This document shows, one piece after another, positions 26,984-36,442 of a stretch of 64,000 nt of DNA (position 1 is the stretch's first letter; each line of letters begins with the position of its first letter). The notes below the pieces were generated by a model that was given only the letters and a program-made list of their open reading frames with translations, had not been told where the DNA came from and did not search any database. A program made the translations under genes and the position numbers. Source of the stretch: a virus; IMG/VR virus record IMGVR_UViG_3300030099_006395, positions 1 to 64,000 of that record; one strand, written 5' to 3'.

Positions 26984-29900
26984 ATGTCAATTTTTAAAAA
27001 AATAGATGACAAATTATTTGATTCGTCAGCTGGTTATGATTTACCAGAAGAAAACTTATCTGAAAACATTCAAAAAAATGTAAGAAAGAAAGGTTCAGCT
27101 TCCGTATCTGTGTTTGGTGCTGATATGGATATAGCAACCAAAATGAAATTGGAAGCTAGACAAAAATTAAATCTTGGAAACAGACTTCCAAATGAATCAT
27201 TACAAAGTAAATATTCGAAAGACGGATTGAGATTAGATGACCCATCGTTAGGTGTAAATTTACAATTTAATGGGCAATCTGATTTTTCTTCGAGAACACC
27301 TATTGCTAGAATGTGGACTGCTGTACAATTAGAAACTTACACAGACACTGGAAATGACTGGTCTAAATTTGATGATGAAAATCACACTAGAGATTTAGAA
27401 AAATATGTTTATAATGTGAGAGGTAATAAAGTTTTTGAAAAAGAAAGAAACAAACATGATAGAATAATTTACGTGGTTGGTAATCATACCATGAATGAAT
27501 TTCAAGGTAAACCCAACGAACCAAGAACAGGAGATACATTAAGTACAAGTTTAGGTAAAAAAATATTACCACAAATGAGTGAAACAAATCAAAACGAATT
27601 TTTTATGCCACCGGCTGGTATAACTGCAGTTTCAATGGAAACAGAAGGAGCTTTAGGTTTAATAAAAAAAACATCAGTATCATTTAATGTTAACAATTTT
27701 CATGATTTTGAAAATATTTTTCAAAGATATTTTTTAAGACCAGGAGCTCAAGTTTTTGTTGACTTTGGTTGGAGTAGTATTCCTTTATATGATCCAAAAG
27801 TTTTATGTTATGACGATTATAAAGATGGTAGAGAGTTAGATGAATTATTATATGGAACTGATGGTATAGTCACTACTGCACATGGTGATTTAGAAGTTAT
27901 GCAAGGATTTGTCACGGAATTTAATTCAAAACTGACTCCAGAAGGAACATATGAATGTTCTTTAGAGTTGGTATCTAGAAACAATTCATTAATGGAATCT
28001 TCTTTTATGGGTGGTGACCAAGGACAGAAAAAAAGAATGTTAGCCACTATAGATTCTGTCATTTTAAATTTTGCAGCTAAACATTTTGGTGCAGACTTAT
28101 TAGGACAAAACAAAATGTATGATAGCACTAATTTAGATGTACAGAATGAGTTAATGTATACTTTTGGGGCAGAACAATTACAATCTACGAGTAAAGGAAC
28201 TGATGTACCTACGGGACCTGAAGTTTTGTTGACAGGTGTATATTGGCAAACACAATATACAACGGAAGAAGATGATCCTGATACGGATGAAGATGAATCA
28301 AAATCTGGTAGCAGACAAGAAGTTCCATCAAGTGATGAAAATATTTATATAATGTGGGGATTGTTTGAAGATTTAATTTTAAATGAACAATTTGGTTTTG
28401 GTAGAGACAAAAAAGATGTTCTTTTCGGTAATGATGTTTCAATAAGATTTGACTCATCAAATTCATTTGTATCATATGAACCTTTATTAGAAAAATCAAC
28501 ACAGATGTCAAAAGCTGGTGCATTTGATTTTAGATATCCAGAGACTTGGGATGAAACATATAACACTTATAGAAATAAAGTAAATGTTGACAGATTAAAC
28601 ACCAATGGAAAATATAAAAAAAGACCTGATGAAAATACAGGTCATAAAAATTGGACAAGTTTAGATAAAAGTTTAAGAAGAGTTCCATTAAGAGAAATTT
28701 TTGTAAACTTGTCTGTGATAAAAGAGTCAATTGAGAAAAAAACCGATGTAAAAAGTATAATGAAAGAAGTTTTAAATAGATTAAAAGATGCTTCTTCTGA
28801 TATATGGGATTTACAAGTAGGTGGTGGTAGAAAAGATGGTTCGGTAGTATCTGCAATTGATAGAAATTTTGTTCAAGCCGAAAGAGATGATTTGGGTGGA
28901 ACAAGTTATTTAGATAGATTGTTTACATTTAAGCCTCATTCTCCTGATTCAATTTGTAAAGATATGAATGTGGAATTTGCTATGCCAAGTAATGATATGG
29001 GCAACATGATTGCTATTCAATCAGGTGCTGGTGGTAATTCTGTATTCGCGGTTAATAAATCAATTGATAGAAATTTGGCTATGAGTATTTTTAAAGAATT
29101 TGGTGGTGATGTAAATGCTCAATACTTACCATCGATGGGAACTTTTCCAATGGAAAAGTTTACAAAAAAAATATCAGAAGGTTATGTAATTGATACATTA
29201 TATAATGATGATGATATGATATTTGCTGGTGATTCTGAAACTTCTGAAGCTATACTTTCAAATTTTGGTAATGTTTCACCATCTTCGTTTGAAAGAAAAA
29301 CAAAGGCAAGATTGGGTAAAGAAAAATGGAATGAGATAAATAGTGTTTCTTTGACGGAAGAAGAGATGGAACGAGAGGGAATGGATGAAGAAGAAATAAC
29401 TGCAGCTAAAGCTAAAAAAGCAGAATTAGAACCAAAAGAAAGTGATTTCTTGAATGATACAGATCAGTTAGCATCTGGTTTAGAAGACTATTATAAACTT
29501 TTAGCTAAGTCAAGTTATTTTTTCTTAAACACATCCTCTCTTTTACCAATATCAATATCATTAACAATAGATGGTATATCTACTCTGAATGTAGGTAATC
29601 TATTTAAAGTGGATTATTTACCAAAAATGTATAGAGAGTCTGTTTATTTTCAAATTACTTCTTTAAAACAAGATTTGAGTAGTGAAGGATGGAAAACAGA
29701 AATTGAAGCTATAATGAGAATAGCTCCTGTAGCAAAACAAAAGGCAGGTATTTATGCAGAGAGCACCAATATATATTTATCTAGAAAAGCATTAACAGAT
29801 GGTGTTGATATAAATGTGGCTAACAAAAATGCATTTAAATCTATAGTAAAAGATTCTACTACATTATTTCCATTTATTTCAAAATTACAAGTCATGGGAA

Positions 29901-30580
29901 CAGGAGAAGATTTTGATTTATCATTGACAAATTACTTAATGTCTTTTGAAGCGTCTGCTAACTATGTAATATTTAGAGGTGATTTTAAAACTGCCATTAA
30001 TACTACAGCTGATAGTGATATAAAATGGGGTTCAAAAAAAGGATACCTCCATTGGGGATTTCCATGGGGTAAAGACGCTACATGGAGATCTAAAAAATGG
30101 GCTCACAGTGTAGATTTTTATTGTGGTAGATATAGAGACTTTTTTATATCAGGATTACAAGACGCTAAAACTTCTAAATTAGAAAGAGCTAATGAGGGAA
30201 AAGGAACTTGGGATTTTTATTACAATTATTGGTCTTGTAATATAAAAAAAGGTGAAAAATATATAATTCAAATTTCAAAACAAAATAATGCAGTTATTTA
30301 TCCATATCCATATACAAGTGGTGTTTTGAATCAAAAAGATTTACAAATGTTAACTTATCATATCGATGGTATATTTCATATGTATGGTGGTTATTATTAT
30401 AAACATCGAAACTATAGACCAACACCTAGTGTATGGACTAAAATGAAAAAAGCACAAAATTATATGGATCAAAAAACAACAGGTTGGTATGAACGAGGTA
30501 GAAAGCCAAGTTGGATAAATAAAACAAGTTATTGGTTGAGATCTTACGCTGATACAAGATATAGATTCGAATCCGATTAA
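26984..30580 (+). CDS. large baseplate hub-like protein
   Basis: PPAGIT, FLRPG..VFVDFGWS and ISLTIDGIS.L.VGNLFKVDYLP..Y...VYFQIT...W.TEI motifs; follows LysM gene. Confidence 0.65.
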   Translation: MSIFKKIDDKLFDSSAGYDLPEENLSENIQKNVRKKGSASVSVFGADMDIATKMKLEARQKLNLGNRLPNESLQSKYSKDGLRLDDPSLGVNLQFNGQSDFSSRTPIARMWTAVQLETYTDTGNDWSKFDDENHTRDLEKYVYNVRGNKVFEKERNKHDRIIYVVGNHTMNEFQGKPNEPRTGDTLSTSLGKKILPQMSETNQNEFFMPPAGITAVSMETEGALGLIKKTSVSFNVNNFHDFENIFQRYFLRPGAQVFVDFGWSSIPLYDPKVLCYDDYKDGRELDELLYGTDGIVTTAHGDLEVMQGFVTEFNSKLTPEGTYECSLELVSRNNSLMESSFMGGDQGQKKRMLATIDSVILNFAAKHFGADLLGQNKMYDSTNLDVQNELMYTFGAEQLQSTSKGTDVPTGPEVLLTGVYWQTQYTTEEDDPDTDEDESKSGSRQEVPSSDENIYIMWGLFEDLILNEQFGFGRDKKDVLFGNDVSIRFDSSNSFVSYEPLLEKSTQMSKAGAFDFRYPETWDETYNTYRNKVNVDRLNTNGKYKKRPDENTGHKNWTSLDKSLRRVPLREIFVNLSVIKESIEKKTDVKSIMKEVLNRLKDASSDIWDLQVGGGRKDGSVVSAIDRNFVQAERDDLGGTSYLDRLFTFKPHSPDSICKDMNVEFAMPSNDMGNMIAIQSGAGGNSVFAVNKSIDRNLAMSIFKEFGGDVNAQYLPSMGTFPMEKFTKKISEGYVIDTLYNDDDMIFAGDSETSEAILSNFGNVSPSSFERKTKARLGKEKWNEINSVSLTEEEMEREGMDEEEITAAKAKKAELEPKESDFLNDTDQLASGLEDYYKLLAKSSYFFLNTSSLLPISISLTIDGISTLNVGNLFKVDYLPKMYRESVYFQITSLKQDLSSEGWKTEIEAIMRIAPVAKQKAGIYAESTNIYLSRKALTDGVDINVANKNAFKSIVKDSTTLFPFISKLQVMGTGEDFDLSLTNYLMSFEASANYVIFRGDFKTAINTTADSDIKWGSKKGYLHWGFPWGKDATWRSKKWAHSVDFYCGRYRDFFISGLQDAKTSKLERANEGKGTWDFYYNYWSCNIKKGEKYIIQISKQNNAVIYPYPYTSGVLNQKDLQMLTYHIDGIFHMYGGYYYKHRNYRPTPSVWTKMKKAQNYMDQKTTGWYERGRKPSWINKTSYWLRSYADTRYRFESD

Positions 30581-30587
30581 AAAAAGC

Positions 30588-30616
30588 TTGTTTTTTATAA
30601 AAATATGTTATATATT
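30588..30616 (+). promoter_or_regulatory. sigma70-type promoter
   Basis: TTGTTT-N17-TATATT at the boundary of structural and replication blocks. Confidence 0.6.
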
Positions 30617-30624
30617 GTTATACG

Positions 30625-31869
30625 ATGTATTGTGTTATACCTATATTTAAAGAACCTTTCTTACATCCATTACACGAAAACAATGGATTATCAGCCCTAT
30701 GGGTTAAACCTAAAGATGATAAATCATTCTTCATAATACAAAAACATCCTGATTCGGATAAAGTATTGGAAGATTTTAAATGGTTAAATGAACATACAAT
30801 TCTTACACCTGATAAAAAAATATTAAATCATTTCTATGAATTTGATAATGTTACTGATATTAATTACTTGTATTGGGATGATACAGGTAAACCATTTGAG
30901 AAACATATAACTAATAATGCAATAGATTTCTTATCAAACAAGTACTACAATGTAAAAAAACTTAACGAAATCATACCATTATCGAAACATAATGAGTATT
31001 GTAACGACATTGTAAAATCAATGAATAACTTAATCTTTGATTCAAATGATGAATATATGAATGATGTTGTGAGGGCATTTACATCTATTGAACAAAATGG
31101 TATCAAAGTATCAGATGATATATGTGACATATTTGATATGAGAGTAAAAAAACACATATCTAATGGTAAATTATATTCACAATATAATCTATGGACAACA
31201 ACAGGTCGTCCAAGTAATTCATTTGGAAGTGTGAACTTCGCAGCTCTACCACCAGAAAAAAGAAAAGGATTTGTGGCTGAAAATGATTATTTAGTTGAAT
31301 TTGACTTTGATGCATATCACTTGAGATTGATTGCTGACTTGGTTGGTTATCATACATTTGGTGAAGAATCAGTTCACGAACATCTTTCAAAATGGTATGA
31401 ATGTTCTTATGAAGAATCAAAACAAAGAACTTTTAAATTATTATATGGTGGAATTGATAAAGAAACACGAGAAAAAGTACCATTTTTTGATTTAACACAT
31501 AAATATATTAATTCAAAATGGAATGAAATAAACACACATAATTTAGTTTTTACAGATATTTATAGACGGAAACTATTATTTAATAATTATGACGATTTAA
31601 ACAGAAATAAAGTCTTTAACTATTTGATACAAGCTTTAGAGACAGAATCAAATATTAAAAAGATTTTATCAATTCAAGACTATTTATTAGAGAAGAAGAC
31701 AAAATTGGTTTTATATGGATATGATAGTTTTCTATTCGACTTTTCTAACGAAGATGGAGTGGAAACTTTGAAAGACATAAAATCAATTTTAGAAGAAAAT
31801 AAACATTACACCAAAGCTAAAATGGGTTTAAACTATGGTGAAATGAAAGACATAACAAAGAGGTTATAA
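30625..31869 (+). CDS. short, divergent family A DNA polymerase-like protein
   Basis: TTTGRPSN; motif A LVEFDFDAYHLRLIA; motif B SKQRTFKLLYGG; NYLIQ; motif C LYGYDSFLFD. Confidence 0.8.
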   Translation: MYCVIPIFKEPFLHPLHENNGLSALWVKPKDDKSFFIIQKHPDSDKVLEDFKWLNEHTILTPDKKILNHFYEFDNVTDINYLYWDDTGKPFEKHITNNAIDFLSNKYYNVKKLNEIIPLSKHNEYCNDIVKSMNNLIFDSNDEYMNDVVRAFTSIEQNGIKVSDDICDIFDMRVKKHISNGKLYSQYNLWTTTGRPSNSFGSVNFAALPPEKRKGFVAENDYLVEFDFDAYHLRLIADLVGYHTFGEESVHEHLSKWYECSYEESKQRTFKLLYGGIDKETREKVPFFDLTHKYINSKWNEINTHNLVFTDIYRRKLLFNNYDDLNRNKVFNYLIQALETESNIKKILSIQDYLLEKKTKLVLYGYDSFLFDFSNEDGVETLKDIKSILEENKHYTKAKMGLNYGEMKDITKRL

Positions 31870-33390
31870 ATGAAACATATTTCAGAGATTATAGAAGATA
31901 TATTAGTAGAATGGGCTTATCGTGTACACGATGGAATGCCTAACCCACAAAACGCACTACATATTCAAGAACTTCGTGAATCAATGGAAGAATTAAAATT
32001 ACCGAATAATGTTATATATCAAGTTATTAAAAATTTACTTAATGAAAAGAAAGTAAAACCACATAAAGATACAGAATTATTAAAAAAATTAGGAGCTAAA
32101 AAATTACCAGTTGATATAATAAATAATATTGGTAATGGTAAATACAAAGACTCTTTATTATCAGCTGGTTCAGGAAGCACATATAATACCAAAAAGAAAA
32201 AATATTCTTTTAATGATTTAAAAAGGGAACTAAATAAAAATGATAAATTATTTATAACAACTTCTGGAACAATATTAAAAGTTAGATCTCAATATGGAGA
32301 AAGAATTTGTCAATTAAGTATATCTAAAGCAAAAAATCCAAAAGATACTTATATGGGTCAAATTAGTGTTTTATATAAATTATCTAAATTAAATAAAGTT
32401 GATATAGTAAATAAAGTTGCTCCTGGTATCGGATATGAAAAAATGCAAATTAAAAATTTAGATAATCATGTTAGTGAGATGTTAGGTATATCTGGACACA
32501 AACCACTACCTTTATTCATAGGTGGAAAAGATACAGGTGTAGATATAGATGGTGGTGCTAAAGTATCTGGTAGTCCAAAAGCTGATTTGGCTTTTGGTAT
32601 AAAAGGAAAACCAAACTTTTTTGTCTCATATAAGCATGGAGAATATATAGATTCAAGTGGTAAAGAACTACCGGCTTCATATCAACAATATGGTTCATTA
32701 AAAACATTTTATACAAAAGAGTTTAATTCGGCGTTTGAAGATGATATAATAGGAAAAACAACAGATAACTTTCTAAACGATGTAGCTTCTGAAATAAAAA
32801 AAGACGCTAGTTTTTTTCCAAATGTAACTGAATTAAAAGAAGTTGATGGGAAAATAACAGTAGTACAAGGTAAAAAAGAAACACCAACAGATTGGAAAGT
32901 TGGGTCTGAATTGTGGAAAAGTAATTTTAAGAGGTTTAATAAAATAGTCGGTTCTGGTAAAAATTTATATGTGTTAGATAAATCAGGATGGGCAGTTAGG
33001 AGATCTTTGTTAAAAGTTCCTGGAGGTAAAGATATATCATTATTATCTATTTTTGGTAAAGATTATTCTAGTGGAAAAGGTGGTATAAATAATTGCAATA
33101 TTTTGATGCAAGATTCTGCAGCTTTCACAGTGTCACTAATGACCGATGAAGATGGTAATGGTAAAGGGATTAATTTAGAAGTAAGTAATAAAGGACACAT
33201 AATGTGGAATCCTAAAATGTATGGTGGTAGTGAAAAGTTTCCAAAATTTGCAGAACCATATGAACCACATCTTGTAGCTAGATATACAGGTAATATGAAT
33301 ATAGGTTGGAACTCTGGAAAAGATTATATAATAGGTGCTAGATTATTAGTTATGCCAAAAAGTCAAGTTAGTGGGAAGAAGGATATCTAA
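31870..33390 (+). CDS. putative PD-(D/E)xK-like nuclease with conserved N-terminal phage motif
   Basis: N-terminal ILVEWAYRVHDGMPNP; GYE...GSPKADLAF...FVSYK. Confidence 0.5.
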   Translation: MKHISEIIEDILVEWAYRVHDGMPNPQNALHIQELRESMEELKLPNNVIYQVIKNLLNEKKVKPHKDTELLKKLGAKKLPVDIINNIGNGKYKDSLLSAGSGSTYNTKKKKYSFNDLKRELNKNDKLFITTSGTILKVRSQYGERICQLSISKAKNPKDTYMGQISVLYKLSKLNKVDIVNKVAPGIGYEKMQIKNLDNHVSEMLGISGHKPLPLFIGGKDTGVDIDGGAKVSGSPKADLAFGIKGKPNFFVSYKHGEYIDSSGKELPASYQQYGSLKTFYTKEFNSAFEDDIIGKTTDNFLNDVASEIKKDASFFPNVTELKEVDGKITVVQGKKETPTDWKVGSELWKSNFKRFNKIVGSGKNLYVLDKSGWAVRRSLLKVPGGKDISLLSIFGKDYSSGKGGINNCNILMQDSAAFTVSLMTDEDGNGKGINLEVSNKGHIMWNPKMYGGSEKFPKFAEPYEPHLVARYTGNMNIGWNSGKDYIIGARLLVMPKSQVSGKKDI

Positions 33391-33789
33391 ATGAAATCAC
33401 AACTATTATGTACATTTACAACAAAAGAAAATCTTGATAATACTGTTAAAATAATAATTGATGCATACAGTATTATTTTTAATAAAATATATATTTTACA
33501 AAATGAAAACAATGTAAATGAATTAATTTGTACTTATAATGTGGATACACAAAATGGTGTGGATTACAATAAAGTAAAAGGAACGATTTCACTACATAGA
33601 AAAAAACACTCTAATACATTATATACGATAAACGCTTTAAACGAAGTAATAGCAGAATTAAATAATGGAATAGTAGATAGTAAATTTTTAGTTCCTTGGG
33701 AAAATTTTAAAAATACATTATTAGTTACAAATTCAGATGGTTTAAACAGAATAGATACAAGAATTTTTAAAATAATAAAAATAGATTAG
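33391..33789 (+). CDS. conserved phage hypothetical protein
   Basis: QLLCTF, CTYNV, LHRKKHSNTLYTINALN. Confidence 0.65.
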   Translation: MKSQLLCTFTTKENLDNTVKIIIDAYSIIFNKIYILQNENNVNELICTYNVDTQNGVDYNKVKGTISLHRKKHSNTLYTINALNEVIAELNNGIVDSKFLVPWENFKNTLLVTNSDGLNRIDTRIFKIIKID

Positions 33790-33809
33790 TTGTTTTTATA
33801 ATTTCATAT

Positions 33810-33824
33810 ATACTTATATATAAA
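33810..33824 (+). promoter_or_regulatory. putative late promoter variant upstream of redox genes
   Basis: ATACTTATATATAAA, one mismatch in the core motif. Confidence 0.5.
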
Positions 33825-33865
33825 TATAAATTCAAAACACTTTAAACTTATAGGAGAAAACGGTT

Positions 33866-34669
33866 ATGTCAAAAGAAGCCAATAAAGATACAAAAAAGTC
33901 ACAAGTGGAAGAAATAAATCCAGAAGTGATTGAAGATGAAGAAGCTGACTCACCTTGGTATTATTTTTATTCACAAGGATGTGGTTGGTGTAAAAAATCA
34001 GAACCAATTGTAGATGAACTTAACAAAAACAGAGAAGAAGGTCAAGAAATATTAAAACTTGATTTAGCAGATCCTGATAATAGAGCACTTAACGAAGAAT
34101 TAAAAAAAGAATATAATATTCAATGTGGAACACCATGGTTTATTAATGAAGCTACTGGTAAAGGTATATGTGGATTCAGAGAAAAAGATATCGTTCAAAA
34201 ATGGTTAGATGGTGAAGATATTCCAGCACCACCTAGACCAAAAGGTCCTATTCCAAAACTTCCATTATTAGAAGCTCCTAAAAAAGAAGTTAATAAATGG
34301 AAAAAAGATTATGAAAAATGGTTAAAAGATAATGATCATTTACCTGATAATCAGAAAAAAAGTGTGGATGATATGTTGGCAATGCCTAGACCAAAAACAG
34401 ACCCACCAAAACCTCCAATGGCTAATATGTCAGATGATGAACTTAATAAATGGGCTGAAGAATATGATGAGTGGGCTAAAGTTAATAGTCATCTTCCAAA
34501 TTTACAACCGTCCAAAGTAATTCTACAGAGAATAAAAGGACAATCCCAACAACAAGCTGTCAATCAAGCACCAGCTATAGACAATGCAAAGTTAAATACA
34601 ATGGATGCTAAAATTCAAGCTCTTGAAGTTAAGATTGATAAAATAATGAGTCATTTTGGGGTAAAGTAA
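33866..34669 (+). CDS. thioredoxin-fold protein with Pro-rich repeated C-terminal extension
   Basis: YYFYSQGCGWCKK active site and IQCGTPWF cis-Pro loop; two PRPK..P..P...W...Y..W...N.HLP repeats. Confidence 0.8.
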   Translation: MSKEANKDTKKSQVEEINPEVIEDEEADSPWYYFYSQGCGWCKKSEPIVDELNKNREEGQEILKLDLADPDNRALNEELKKEYNIQCGTPWFINEATGKGICGFREKDIVQKWLDGEDIPAPPRPKGPIPKLPLLEAPKKEVNKWKKDYEKWLKDNDHLPDNQKKSVDDMLAMPRPKTDPPKPPMANMSDDELNKWAEEYDEWAKVNSHLPNLQPSKVILQRIKGQSQQQAVNQAPAIDNAKLNTMDAKIQALEVKIDKIMSHFGVK

Positions 34670-35098
34670 ATGGCAAGAAGGCGATTTAAGCCTAAAGTAA
34701 CTAGAGATAGAGAAGCTACTCAAGAAGAATTAAAGTGTATTGAACAAACAGAAGAGATGTTGGCGGGAGAGAAAAAACTTCCACCAGCATCTCAAATGAT
34801 TCGTGATTTAGCTACCACTCATTGGAAAACTTTGGGTGCATGGTTACGAGGTTCACAAACAATAGCTACTCAAGAAGAAGCTGCACGAAGATGGGCAATT
34901 TGTAAAGAATGTCCTCATCTTCTCTACGATGAAGTAAATCCAGACACCAATAAAAAAGATGGTAGATGTACTCATTGTGGTTGTTTTATGAATGTCAAAG
35001 TTCACTATGCAGTTGCTGATTGTCCTATCAGTAAATGGGAAAAAAAATGTGGATGTAATTCGGATTGTAAATGTGTAGATGGAGATTGTGATGAATAA
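34670..35098 (+). CDS. Cys-rich small protein (metal-binding, DUF6171-like)
   Basis: R..ICKECP...CTHCGCF...K......CPISKW plus CGCNSDCKC tail. Confidence 0.7.
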   Translation: MARRRFKPKVTRDREATQEELKCIEQTEEMLAGEKKLPPASQMIRDLATTHWKTLGAWLRGSQTIATQEEAARRWAICKECPHLLYDEVNPDTNKKDGRCTHCGCFMNVKVHYAVADCPISKWEKKCGCNSDCKCVDGDCDE

Positions 35099-35423
35099 TT
35101 TAACAAAAGAAAAATTAGATACAATATTTAAAGATGGAAAAAATATAAGTGATAAACCAATTTATATAGATTTTTATGCAGATTGGTGAGGTCCTTGTAG
35201 GATGTTTAGTAGTGTACTAGACGAAGTTTCACCTGAATACAATGATAAGGTGAATATGTATAAAGTAGATATAGAAAAGGAAACAGACTTAGCCATAAAA
35301 TTTGGAGCTAGAGCTCTTCCTTACATGGTTTTTATTCCGAAAGAGGGTGAAATAACAGGAACTCCTGGAGCTTTAAGTAAAGACCAATTAAAATATTATT
35401 TGGATGGATTAATTTCTAAATAA
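35091..35423 (+). CDS. trxA: thioredoxin, probable selenoprotein (UxxC)
   Basis: ATG 35091 behind GGAG; reads ...PIYIDFYADW-TGA(35187)-GPCRMF...KVDIE...LA.KFG.RALP; TGA occupies the first Cys of WCGPC. Confidence 0.85.
35203..35223 (+). promoter_or_regulatory. SECIS-like hairpin
   Basis: GTTTAGTA-gtg-TACTAGAC stem (one GU pair); G-first loop 22 nt after the UGA. Confidence 0.65.
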
Positions 35424-35431
35424 AAAAAACG

Positions 35432-35461
35432 TTGACTTATATATACTTTTTGATATATATT
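35432..35461 (+). promoter_or_regulatory. sigma70-type promoter
   Basis: TTGACT-N18-TATATT; the AAACGTTGACTTATA context recurs at 48856-48870. Confidence 0.6.
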
Positions 35462-35535
35462 ATAGGAAACAGGTTATATGGTTTTAGTAAACCATAAATA
35501 ATAAACGATAAACGATAAAACATAGGAGAATATTC

Positions 35536-36333
35536 ATGGACATGAATGCAATCAAAAACAGGCTAAATCAGCTACAATCAACAACTTCAAATAAAGATAA
35601 CTTTTGGAAACCTGAACCAGGTAAACAAGTAGTTCGTATTGTACCTTATTTACACAACAAAGACAATCCATTTATTGAATTGTTTTTTCACTATAATTTA
35701 GGTAACAATAAAACTTACCTATCACCAGCATCATTTGGTAAACCAGATCCAGTAGCAGAATTTGCTGACAAACTAAAATCAACAGGTAATAAAGACGAAT
35801 GGATTCAAGGTAAAAGACTTGAACCTAAAATGAGAACTTTTGCACCTGTGATTGTTAGAGGTCGTGAATCTGAAGGTGTTAAGTTTTGGGGATTCGGTAA
35901 AACTGTATATCAAGAATTACTTGGTGTAATAGCTGACCCTGATTATGGTGATATTACAGACGCTACCAATGGTAGAGATATCATGATTGAAAGACAGACT
36001 CCTGCTGAGGCTGGAAATCAATATGGTAAAACTACTGTAAGAGTTAAACCTAATCAAACTGCTATGACAGATGATAGTAATTTGATGGAAAGTTTGTTAA
36101 CTAATCAATCTGATTTAACCGAGTTATATACAGAACCATCTTATGATGATTTAAAAGAAGCTCTTCAGAATTATCTAAATCCAAGTGATGATGATACTAC
36201 TGAAACTACTACAACTTCTAATGGTGTAGCAGCTAGTACAGCTCCAACTACAAACACAGGAACTGCAACTACTACAGACACTAAAAAAACAGAAAATGTA
36301 GAAGACGCTTTTGACCAATTATTCAATAGTTAA
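35536..36333 (+). CDS. single-stranded DNA-binding protein (gp32-like)
   Basis: FWKP..GKQVVRIVP, GVKFWGFGKTVYQ, DITD...GRD; acidic tail EDAFDQLF; precedes uvsX. Confidence 0.8.
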   Translation: MDMNAIKNRLNQLQSTTSNKDNFWKPEPGKQVVRIVPYLHNKDNPFIELFFHYNLGNNKTYLSPASFGKPDPVAEFADKLKSTGNKDEWIQGKRLEPKMRTFAPVIVRGRESEGVKFWGFGKTVYQELLGVIADPDYGDITDATNGRDIMIERQTPAEAGNQYGKTTVRVKPNQTAMTDDSNLMESLLTNQSDLTELYTEPSYDDLKEALQNYLNPSDDDTTETTTTSNGVAASTAPTTNTGTATTTDTKKTENVEDAFDQLFNS

Positions 36334-36346
36334 TAAATAACCAAAT

Positions 36347-36425
36347 TGTTAAGAGTGGGATGGAAATTACACAAACCACGATTCCTGTAAAGGTGTATGG
36401 TAGAATCACTCTCCCACTCATAACA
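36347..36425 (+). other. structured intergenic RNA element (candidate)
   Basis: Outer stem TGTTA-GAGTGGGA / TCCCACTC-TAACA enclosing further complementary segments. Confidence 0.5.
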
Positions 36426-36442
36426 TCATAAGGAGAACTTAA

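Noticed and set aside
35187-35189. Genome-wide TGA reassignment
   Set aside because: TGA terminates several genes at tight junctions with the next gene, and no other conserved gene appears interrupted
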